64,000 bases of DNA from contig CAVTMO010000007.1 in the NCBI GenBank assembly GCA_963735875.1, forward strand, positions 449,783-513,782. Reading direction: 5' to 3'. The DNA comes from an uncultured Acidobacteriota bacterium. GTDB lineage: Bacteria; Acidobacteriota; Vicinamibacteria; Vicinamibacterales; UBA2999. The notes beneath the pieces were generated by a model. It did no database searches and was not told the origin of the DNA. It saw only the letters and a program-made list of their open reading frames with translations. The position numbers and the translations under genes are program-made. Of this stretch, positions 56,479-64,000 are shown one piece after another (positions within the stretch are counted from its first letter, which is position 1; every line of letters begins with the position of its first letter).

Positions 56479-56889
56479 TCACTCGACAGTCTTGCCAGCA
56501 CTTGGTTGTATTAGATCCCACTGGTTCCCGTGCAGATCGTGAAACACTGCCACCGTCCCGTAGTCTTCTGTCTTCGGCTCTCGGATGACTTTGACTCCTT
56601 TGGACTTGTACGCATTGAAGTCACGCCCGAAGTCGTCTGTGTACAGGAAGAGGAAGACTCTTCCGCCCGTTTGGTCACCGACGCGGGTAGCCTGATGCTC
56701 GGTTGAAGCCCGAGCCAAGAGCAGTGCGGACTCAGTTGCACCGGGTGGCGACACGACGACCCATCTCTCGTCCTGAGCTGGTTGGTACGTGTCCTCAATC
56801 AGCGAGAAGCCGAGCTTCCCGACATAAAACGCCAACGCTTCGTCCTAGTCACGCACGACGGCACGCGTCTCGGCATTTGTCAGTTGCAT
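56479..56889 (-). pseudogene. VOC/glyoxalase-family protein interrupted by an in-frame TAG at codon 15
   Basis: The minus-strand translation reads MQLTNAETRAVVRD*DEALAFYVGKLGF, with TAG at 56847-56845. The rest is a typical glyoxalase fold sequence. Local GC is far below the window average. Confidence 0.7.
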
Positions 56890-56909
56890 CCGTTGATGCA
56901 GCCCGGTTG

Positions 56910-57356
56910 TCAGGGCAACTGTTCTCTGAGGTGCGGGCGGCAGAACGGCCATGCGCCAAGTACCAGCAATAGGCCACCTACAACAATGAATACGAGGGTC
57001 ACGGAAAAGCCGGCCAGGAAATGCGGCAGAGTATAAGGTTCGCCCTCGAAGAACAATCCATACACAATCCTCACCGCAAATAGCGCGACAAACGCAAATA
57101 CAGGGAGCAGTGCGGACAAGATGCGCTCGAGGACTGAACCCTTCATTCGGCGGGACCAATTTGCGGCGAGGGCGCCGACGAATGGCAGCACCAGATATGG
57201 GATGGCCATGAACTGGAATCTGTTCTTGTCAAAAGGCAACCAGATGAGCACGAAATAGAATCCGAAAAACAACAGACAGGATGCTGCTCCAGGCAACCAC
57301 ACCTTCTTGATATGCAAGTCCATGGAAGGTCTCTTCTGACTCACTGACTTCGGCAC
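56910..57356 (-). CDS. Hypothetical 4-TM membrane protein (low-GC islet)
   Basis: Four hydrophobic helices (AASCLLFFGFYFVLIWL, IPYLVLPFVGALAA, LLPVFAFVALFAVRIVY, FSVTLVFIVVGGLLLVLG). No recognised family. Confidence 0.5.
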   Translation of the reverse strand: MPKSVSQKRPSMDLHIKKVWLPGAASCLLFFGFYFVLIWLPFDKNRFQFMAIPYLVLPFVGALAANWSRRMKGSVLERILSALLPVFAFVALFAVRIVYGLFFEGEPYTLPHFLAGFSVTLVFIVVGGLLLVLGAWPFCRPHLREQLP

Positions 57357-57404
57357 AACGGGCCGCCAGAATTGCGCCCGATAAGGCTGACCCCCTTCAC
57401 TGTC

Positions 57405-57542
57405 TCACCGCGCAGGTGCAGCGCGCGGATCGGTCCACGGCCGGCCGCGCCCGTCCGGGCGACGGCGAGGACGGAACGTCGGTTCGAGCACGGCCCACTG
57501 GGCGGCGGTCAGGTCCATGCCGTCGAGTACGACGGCGATCAT
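57405..57542 (-). mobile_element. Truncated N-terminal remnant of an IS5-family (DUF4096-type) transposase
   Basis: The minus-strand translation MIAVVLDGMDLTAAQWAVLEPTFRPRRRPDGRGRPWTDPRA matches the conserved LTDxQWxxIEPLxP...GRPRxxDR N-terminal motif. It stops after 41 codons and no DDE domain follows. Confidence 0.6.
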
Positions 57543-57583
57543 ACCGATGTTTCAGGCGGCTTCCGTATTTATGAGACAGCTTC

Positions 57584-58262
57584 TTAGGCTTCGGGCGTCG
57601 CTGCCGGTCGCTGAACGACTTGGTGTTCCATCGTGTCCAATTCCAGGACGATGGCGCGTTCGCGGCCGGCCGATGCCACATTGAAATGCGACCCCTGCCG
57701 CCCGAACCCTGCGTGGCTGTGGCCGTGGATGTGCGCCCGAACCGGACGACGTTCGAGCAGGTCGCGGAGCGACCGACTACCAATTCGCGTTCCTTCCACG
57801 CCGGGATCGAGAATTCCGAGTGCCGGTGAGTGCGATACGAACACCGTCTCACGGTCCATCAGCGCCTCAATTGCCGCCACATCGGCCTCGATGCCGGCTT
57901 CGGGCTTCTCGAATGGCCCGCCCATGAACGGAAGCGAGTACCTGATAGCCGACGAAAGAATACTGCCCTAATTGGGTCCGCCGGCCGTGGATGGATTGAA
58001 CGTGCCGGTACGCTGAGTTGAGCTCGACGAGATCGTCATTCCCCATGATGTAGAGAACAGGCAAACCTGCACCGGCGAGGAACTCAGACAGGAGGCGAGC
58101 CTCATGCTCCTGAGCGGCCTCCGGTGTCGCAAACCCGTCTGGACACCCGAATAGATCGCCGGCGAGAATGATGGCTTCGACGTGGTGCTCGGATGCCGCG
58201 CGAACAAGCCACTCATAGACTGGGTGCCTGCCGTGCAAGTCGCCTGATGCAAGCACTCTCAT
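57584..58262 (-). pseudogene. Small metallophosphoesterase (YfcE/MJ0936-like), one frameshift near 57930-57960
   Basis: The N-terminal frame has MRVLASGDLHG, ILAGDLFG and IMGNDD. The C-terminal frame has VFVSHSP and AHIHGHSH. The two ORFs overlap between 57867 and 57925. Confidence 0.65.
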
Positions 58263-58346
58263 CTCGGACTACTCCCGCCGCTCGGTCGACTCATCGAAGC
58301 GGTGATGAGGTGGTTCGTCCGGCCCAGCCATGCCGGACGCCCGATC

Positions 58347-59958
58347 CTAACGTGCCGGTCCCGCAAGGCGCTGGACACTTGCCGTGGCCTGTTCGTACCA
58401 CTCCCGCCACGCGTCCATCACCTCGGCGGGCGCGGTGTTGGCGCGCTCGGTCTCGAGCCGGGCGTCGCGCGCTGCCCGCAGCATCGCCTCCATCGGCGCC
58501 ACGTCGGTCGCGTCGGCGGCGGCGAGGAACATCGCGGTGGTGGCCACGACGGTGGCCACATGGCCCATCGTCACCGCGCTCACCTTGTCGATGGTGTCGA
58601 GATTGGTGTGGTAGTAGCGGTCGGTGAAGTGCCAGTTCAGAAGCGCCGGCACGCCGGCCTTGGTGAACGACGTGTGATCGCTGCCTCCCTCGTAGGGGTT
58701 CGTGCGCACCACCCAGCCGGTGTCGCGGGCGCGTCGCAGCGCCACCCCCAGGTGCAGGTCGTTCAGGAAGTTGCCGCGGAGCATCGAGCGCGGCACCTCA
58801 CTGGCCCCCCACTCGCTGTGCGGATCCGAGGGCCGCGCCCACACCGCGGTGGGGTCGGGGCTCTTCTCGATGAGGAACGTGCCGCCGGTCTTGGCCGTGT
58901 CTTCGCCGGTCATGTCGAGCGACATCATCGCCAGCACCCGGCTGACACGGCCGGGATCCGCGGCGATCCACGCGTCGCTGGCCCGGATTTCGTCGCCCCA
59001 GAGCATGCGTCAGCGTCCGCGCCGGCCGCGGCATCGCCCCGGTGGCCAGCGCCTGCCGGATGGCGAGCGCCGCGGCCAGCAGCGTGCCGCTGCCGCTGGC
59101 GTTGTCGTTGGCACCCGGTTCCTGCACGTGGGCGACCAGCACGACATGATCGTCGGGCCAGCGGGTGCCGGGAAACTCGGCCACCAGCGTCCGCACGGGC
59201 CGGCGGTGGAAGACCGTGTCGGCGGTGACGTGCACGCGCACCGGACCGGCGGCCAGCCGGTTGCGCAGCCGCTTTGCCGCCCGCGGCGTGGCCTTGAAGG
59301 CGAATGACGGCCGGTCGGCGGCGTAGGGGATGTTGCCCCACTGCAGCACGCCCGGCGTGGTGTCGGGCCGCGTGTAGGGCGCGATCTGGGTCGAGATGAC
59401 CCCGGCCGCGCCGTGCGCCTTGACCGCCTGGTTCCAGACGGCCACGAGCGGGCCATCGGCGAGCACCACGGCGCCGCTCACGGACTTCCCCGCGTAGCTC
59501 GCCGCGTCAGTGCCCGCGCCCACGTCCACCAGCGTGGCAGTCGTGCCGCCCGCCGGTGTCGGGAACGAGTTGATGGCCAGTGCCACGCGGTCCTGTTCGC
59601 GCGAGAGCACCACTTCGCCGGCCGGCCCGTCGAGCCGCAGCTCCGCGTCGCGCATCTCCCAGCCCTGGCTGGGCGACGAGATCGTGTCGTAGCGCGTGGC
59701 GATGCCCGCGGCCTTCAGCGAGGCGTCGATCCACTCGAGTGACTGATCGAACTGCGGGTTGCCGGCCAGCCGCCACAGCGGCGCCATTTTCGTGACCAGC
59801 GCCATGGCGGCGTCGCGGTCGACGCGGGGTTCGACCGCGCGGTAAATCGTCTCGACCCGCGGCGGCAGCGCGCGATCGAGCGGCGGCAGATGCGGTAGTG
59901 CCGCCTGGGCAACCAGCACGACACTGATCAGGGCCGCGATGCCGCCGCCGATGCGCAT
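58347..59958 (-). pseudogene. M28-family peptidase with PA domain, one frameshift near 59005
   Basis: The N-terminal ORF ends ...HVQEPGANDNASGSGTLLAAALAIRQ...RPARTLT. The C-terminal ORF continues MLWGDEIRA...GGSDHTSFTKAGVP. The junction context GACGCATG is not a homopolymer. Confidence 0.65.
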
Positions 59959-60020
59959 GGCCGGATCATATGCTGCGCCGACGGCAGCCGATCCTGTCGA
60001 CGCGCTGCGATCCGGCCCGA

Positions 60021-60926
60021 TCAGGCCGGGGCGTAGTCCTGATCGTTCTGCCGGACCGAGCGGCCGAGGGCGCGACGGACGGTGTTGCGCGCCACGGCGT
60101 AACCGGACAGCACGGCGGCTTTCATCCCGTCGCGGCCCGGCGACTCGCCGACCGGCGTCGGCTCGATGCCGAGGCGGCGCAGCTTCGCGTTGCCGCGATA
60201 GAGCAACTCGCGCCGACGCGTCGCGTCGGTGTAGTAGGTGAAGCTGATGGTGACCGACGGCTCGGGGCCGACCTCGACCAGGTGCGGCGCCGTCGACGGC
60301 ATGTAACCGCCGTCGCCCGGCTTGAGATCGAAGACGTGGGCGCGGGACCGCCAGTCCTCGTTCCAGGTGATGAGCTCACGCGAGTGGGCGTCGTGGAACA
60401 TCTCCTGCGCCCGCTCCGAGATGACCGTGCGATCGAACGGATCCCAGACATACAGGCGCTTGGTCCCGCGGATCTGCAGGATGAAGTTGTGCTCGTGATC
60501 CATGTGGAACGGCGTGACCGCCTTCGGCGACGACACGAAGATCCAGCCGGCGCGATAGCACATGCCCGGATCGCGGTGTTCGACCACCGGGCGGACTTCG
60601 TTGAGGATCTCGTCGATGAAGGCGCGGTAGATCGGATCCGCCTGCACGTTGAGCAGCGACATCCAGGCCCGCGCTTCGGCGATGCCCGCCAGCGTCGCGA
60701 CCGCACCGGCGGTGTTCGGATGCAGGTTCGGCGCGTCGGCGAAGCTGGTGCCCGCCGTGGCATCGGCGGTGTGCGTGCGCACGAGTTTGCGCTCCTGCTG
60801 GCGCTTGCCCAGTTCGACCAGCGATTCGATCTGCAGGAGCGGGTGATCGGACAGCGCGTGCGTGACCGCCTGAACGCGCCACGGTTCGAACGTCGCCGGT
60901 TCGACATGGATGCGGGGCGCTGACAT
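60021..60926 (-). CDS. JmjC/cupin-like Fe(II)/2-oxoglutarate-dependent oxygenase
   Basis: TPFHMDHEHNF provides an HxD facial-triad candidate, with a distal His in STAPHLVE. The overall cupin_4/JmjC-like pattern includes ILQIRGTKRLYVW. Confidence 0.6.
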   Translation of the reverse strand: MSAPRIHVEPATFEPWRVQAVTHALSDHPLLQIESLVELGKRQQERKLVRTHTADATAGTSFADAPNLHPNTAGAVATLAGIAEARAWMSLLNVQADPIYRAFIDEILNEVRPVVEHRDPGMCYRAGWIFVSSPKAVTPFHMDHEHNFILQIRGTKRLYVWDPFDRTVISERAQEMFHDAHSRELITWNEDWRSRAHVFDLKPGDGGYMPSTAPHLVEVGPEPSVTISFTYYTDATRRRELLYRGNAKLRRLGIEPTPVGESPGRDGMKAAVLSGYAVARNTVRRALGRSVRQNDQDYAPA

Positions 60927-60951
60927 ATCCCTTCATGATATACGAACCAGC

Positions 60952-61761
60952 GTGGGCCTGATCGACTTCGGTCGGCGAGTGTCGCGAAACGCATGGCGTC
61001 TCCCGGTGGTGGGCCGTGTGCTCGAGGCCGATTACGAACGGTCGTTCGCGCGGCGGCCGCCAAACTGCTTTCGCGGCGTCTACGCGACGTTCGCCGAAGC
61101 CGAAGCCTCGATTCCGCCGGGAGCGCGGGTCGGCTACGACCACGCCGAACTGGCCGGCCTCTACCGCCACCGCATGGAACGGGCCAACCAGAGCGACTAC
61201 GCGGTGCTGTTCTGGCTCAAGGGCCTCCTCGACGAGCGCTCGTTCGTGTTCGATTTCGGCGGTCACGTCGGGGTCAGCTACCACGGCTGGCGCAGCTATC
61301 TCGACTACAAGCCGGGCCTGCGCTGGCTGGTGCACGACCTGCCGGCGATCGTCAAGGTCGGCGCCGAACTTGCCCGCGAACGGCCCAGTGCCGGGCTGGA
61401 GTTCACCAGCACGATCGGCGACGCGCGCGGCTGCACGATCCTGCTTTCGGCCGGTGCGCTGCAGTACGTCGACCTGTCACTGACTCAGCTGCTCACCGAG
61501 GTCGGCTCGCAGCCCCGGCACCTCATCGTCAACAAGTTGCCGGTCTACGACGGCGAGCCGTTCGTCACCGTGCAGTCGACCGGCCGCGCCTTCCATCCGT
61601 ACCGCATCTACAATCGCGCCGCCTTCGTCGCCGAGGCGGCCGCGCTCGGCTATCGGGTCGTCGACGAATGGCAGAATCGCGAACAGCACTGCGAGATTCC
61701 GTTCGCGGTCGGCCGCGACATCGACGCCTACAGCGGCTACTACTTCGTGCGCAGCGAGTAG
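60952..61761 (+). CDS. SAM-dependent methyltransferase-like protein (resembles the LIC12133/TIGR04325 type)
   Basis: FRGVYATFAEAEASIPPGARVGYDH and VFDFGGHVG resemble that family (judged from memory). The start is uncertain: GTG 60952, or ATG 60910, which would overlap the divergent gene start by 17 nt. Confidence 0.5.
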   Translation: MGLIDFGRRVSRNAWRLPVVGRVLEADYERSFARRPPNCFRGVYATFAEAEASIPPGARVGYDHAELAGLYRHRMERANQSDYAVLFWLKGLLDERSFVFDFGGHVGVSYHGWRSYLDYKPGLRWLVHDLPAIVKVGAELARERPSAGLEFTSTIGDARGCTILLSAGALQYVDLSLTQLLTEVGSQPRHLIVNKLPVYDGEPFVTVQSTGRAFHPYRIYNRAAFVAEAAALGYRVVDEWQNREQHCEIPFAVGRDIDAYSGYYFVRSE

Positions 61762-63176
61762 ATCTCGCCTTCGGGCCCGGCGTGGACCCGCGTGGCATTG
61801 ACAGCGAGCCAGCCGGCCAGGTCGCCGTCGATCGGCTTCTGCGTGACGTGGACGTAGAACGTCGCGCCACGCCGCGCCACCTCGGCCAGCCGGTCGGCGC
61901 CGGCCAGGTCGTTCGGCAGCACCCACCCCCTGGTGCGCGACACGTAGAACACGCGCGGGTCCTCGTAGTTGTTCACGGTCTGCCACTCGGTGTTGAAGCC
62001 CTCGGCGCGGGCGCGGACGGCGACCAGCGTGCCCGGCGGCGCCAGCTGCGCCAGCGCCTCACCGAGGATGGTCTCGCGCTGCGGCGGCAGGTCGAGGAAA
62101 CGCAGGGCCCGGCCACCCATCACCAGCGCCAGGCCGGCGCAGGCCATCACCAGCGCACCGCGCCGCTTCTGGAGCGCCGCGGCGACCAGCCAGGCGCCGA
62201 GCACGACGTGCGGCAGGTGATAGTGCGTGCCGAACGAGCCCGAGGTGTAGCGAAGCGTGACCACCGCCAGCAGCAGCGCACCGGCGGCCAGCGCCAGGTG
62301 CACCGGCTGCCACCGCCACTGCCACGCCAGCACGAGCCCGGCCGGGATCGCCGCCGCCCCCACGCCCCAGACGATCGAGTAACGCGCCAGTTCGGTCCAC
62401 GTCGACGGCTGGATCAGCATCGCCGTGGCGGGCAGCTTGCTGTCGCCGCCGCTCAAAACGCCGAAGGTGTTGCCGTAGTCGACATAGAGCGTCCGCGCGT
62501 GGGCCATGAAGCCGGCGACGATCGCGATCACGATCGCCCAGCCAACCCAGATTCTCCGGTCGCGATACCGTCCGGTCAGGACGACCAGCACGAACTGTGC
62601 GATCCCCAGTTCGAGCGTCGTCGGCTTGACCAGGCCCGCGACCGTGGTGGCGCCGACCCACAGGACGAGCCGCCGGGTCGAGGGCGCGTCGAGATAGTCG
62701 AGGAAGGCGACGAACCCGACGGCGAAGGCGAGGAACGACAGCGCATCGGGCTGAATCGCGGTCGCCATGGCGATCGTGCCCTGATGCCCGAGTGTCAGCA
62801 GGAAGGCGCCGCACGCCGCCGGCTCGCCGAATCGCCGCGCCAGCGCCAGGCCGACGACGATCAACCCGGTGGCGACACAGGACAGCGACAGCAGCTGGGC
62901 CGGCCACACGCTCTCGCCGACGACCCGCATTGCCATCGCCGAGAGCATCGGGTAGAGCTGCGCCTCCGTCTCGACGTAGCCGGGGCCGTCGCCGCGCCAG
63001 TCGATGCGTGGCCACAGCGGCGCGAACTCCTCGAACGCCAGGTTGCGCGCGATCGCCTGGGTGTCGGCCTGGCGCCAGCCCTGCCAGTCGTCGGTAATCG
63101 CCTCGGTGCGGCGGACCAGCAGCATCACTGCGCACCAGGCGAGCAGCGCTGCGATCGCCGTGACCCGGTAGATCAC
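61740..63176 (-). CDS. Polytopic membrane protein, GT-C fold glycosyltransferase-like (ArnT/PMT-like)
   Basis: More than 10 TM helices and an N-terminal loop WRQADTQAIARNLAFEEF. The C-terminal soluble domain is about 110 aa. The GTG start overlaps the NRPS stop as GTGA. Confidence 0.5.
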   Translation of the reverse strand: MIYRVTAIAALLAWCAVMLLVRRTEAITDDWQGWRQADTQAIARNLAFEEFAPLWPRIDWRGDGPGYVETEAQLYPMLSAMAMRVVGESVWPAQLLSLSCVATGLIVVGLALARRFGEPAACGAFLLTLGHQGTIAMATAIQPDALSFLAFAVGFVAFLDYLDAPSTRRLVLWVGATTVAGLVKPTTLELGIAQFVLVVLTGRYRDRRIWVGWAIVIAIVAGFMAHARTLYVDYGNTFGVLSGGDSKLPATAMLIQPSTWTELARYSIVWGVGAAAIPAGLVLAWQWRWQPVHLALAAGALLLAVVTLRYTSGSFGTHYHLPHVVLGAWLVAAALQKRRGALVMACAGLALVMGGRALRFLDLPPQRETILGEALAQLAPPGTLVAVRARAEGFNTEWQTVNNYEDPRVFYVSRTRGWVLPNDLAGADRLAEVARRGATFYVHVTQKPIDGDLAGWLAVNATRVHAGPEGEIYSLRTK

Positions 63177-64000
63177 GGCCTCGCGCCAGGCGTCAGCGCC
63201 GACAGCAAACGCTGCAGCCGCGACGGCGGCGGCGCCGTCAGCGGCGGCGGCTCAAGCGGCGTGGCGTCGTACTCCTTGGCGATCTGCTCGAGGGTCTGGA
63301 AGATGAAGGCGCGCGGGCTGATGCGCTTGCCGGTGTGGGCGTCGAGCTTGGCGATGGCCTGCATGATCAGCAGCGAGTGGCCGCCGAGGTCGAGGAAGTT
63401 GTCGGCGGCCGAGATGTGATCGATGCCGAGCAGCTCACGCCACACCGTGGCGACGACGTGTTCCGCATGCGTGTTCGGGGCCCGGGACGACCGCGACGGC
63501 TCGGACGGCGCGGCCTCGGGCGCCGGCAGCCCCCGGCGATCGACCTTGCCGTTCGGCGTCAACGGCAACGCGTCGATGGTGACAAACACCGCCGGCACCA
63601 TGTAGTCCGGCAGTGAGGCGCGCAAATGCTCGCGTAACGCCTGGGCCGGTGGCGCACTGCCGCGGGCGACGACGTAGGCGACCAGACGATGCTCGCCGCC
63701 CGGTCCTGGCGACGCGACCACGCACGCCTCGGCGACCTGCGCGTGGCCGGCGAGCGCGACCTCGATCTCGCCGAGCTCGATGCGATAGCCACGCACCTTG
63801 ACCTGGAAGTCGGTGCGGCCCAGGTGCACCAGCGAACCGTCGGCGCGCCAGCGGGCCAGGTCGCCGGTTCGGTACAAGCGCGCGCCGGGCCGGCCGGAGA
63901 AGGTGTCGGCGACGAAACGCTCAGCGGTCAGCGCCGGCCGGTTGTGATACCCGAGCGCAACGCCGGCGCCGCCGATATACAGCTCGCCCGGTCCACCGAG
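63173..64000 (-). CDS. 3' end of a nonribosomal peptide synthetase-type gene: adenylation domain C-terminus plus PCP (5' end lies outside the window)
   Basis: Motifs GELYIGGAGVALGY (A7), GRTDFQVKVRGYRIELGEIE (A8), LPLTPNGKVDR (A10) and the PCP motif FLDLGGHSL. The protein ends about 55 aa after the PCP serine with no TE, R or C domain. Confidence 0.85.
   Translation of the reverse strand, partial: LGGPGELYIGGAGVALGYHNRPALTAERFVADTFSGRPGARLYRTGDLARWRADGSLVHLGRTDFQVKVRGYRIELGEIEVALAGHAQVAEACVVASPGPGGEHRLVAYVVARGSAPPAQALREHLRASLPDYMVPAVFVTIDALPLTPNGKVDRRGLPAPEAAPSEPSRSSRAPNTHAEHVVATVWRELLGIDHISAADNFLDLGGHSLLIMQAIAKLDAHTGKRISPRAFIFQTLEQIAKEYDATPLEPPPLTAPPPSRLQRLLSALTPGARP

Noticed and set aside
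57357-57583. 151-aa ORF 57397-57852 (-) and 71-aa ORF 57372-57587 (+) in the gap between the 4-TM gene and the metallophosphoesterase
   Set aside because: Both have Arg/Pro-rich nonsense-like composition. The only recognisable coding signal in this gap is the 41-codon IS5-like transposase remnant, which is in a different frame.

Overview
High-GC (roughly 70%) bacterial chromosomal segment. The gene content points to Acidobacteriota: two ADOP-type duplicated FtsX permeases, TonB-dependent receptors with N-terminal carboxypeptidase-regulatory-like domains, and a BatA/DUF58/MoxR/DUF4159 cluster. This lineage call is an inference. No rRNA, tRNA or CRISPR array was seen.

Layout:
- 1.6-15.0 kb: a tightly coupled 8-gene minus-strand cluster. 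In transcription order it encodes a VWA/GATase-like membrane protein, DUF4159, a MoxR AAA+ ATPase, DUF58, a BatA-VWA protein, a 1215-aa DUF4175-like protein with a collagen-like (Gly-Gln-X)n tract, a second DUF4159, and a B12-binding radical SAM enzyme. Its function is unknown and it is the best candidate for an undescribed system.
- 15-25 kb: hydrolase, oxidoreductase and permease genes (amidohydrolases, membrane metallophosphoesterase, NCS1 permease, FAD oxidase, cyclase, MOSC).
- 25-41 kb: TonB receptors, a Tat-signal FMN alpha-hydroxy-acid oxidase, and a two-OFA-MFS / acyl-CoA ligase / reductase / hydratase cluster.
- 40-49 kb: mgtE, NHL propeller, M1 aminopeptidase, ADOP permease, DinB.
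- 49-60 kb: a decayed region with many frameshifted genes. It includes a ~1.8 kb low-GC islet carrying an IS5-like transposase remnant, and a ~4 kb segment bracketed by ~150-nt direct repeats derived from an M28 peptidase gene.
- 60-64 kb: the terminal A-PCP end of an NRPS, translationally coupled to a polytopic GT-C-like membrane protein, next to a methyltransferase and a JmjC/cupin oxygenase.

Two intergenic repeat families are present: a REP/BIME-like hairpin family at 5 loci, and a GGGGTCTGGCACCG-type inverted-repeat element at 2 loci.

All family names come from motif recognition by eye. None has been confirmed by an HMM or database search.
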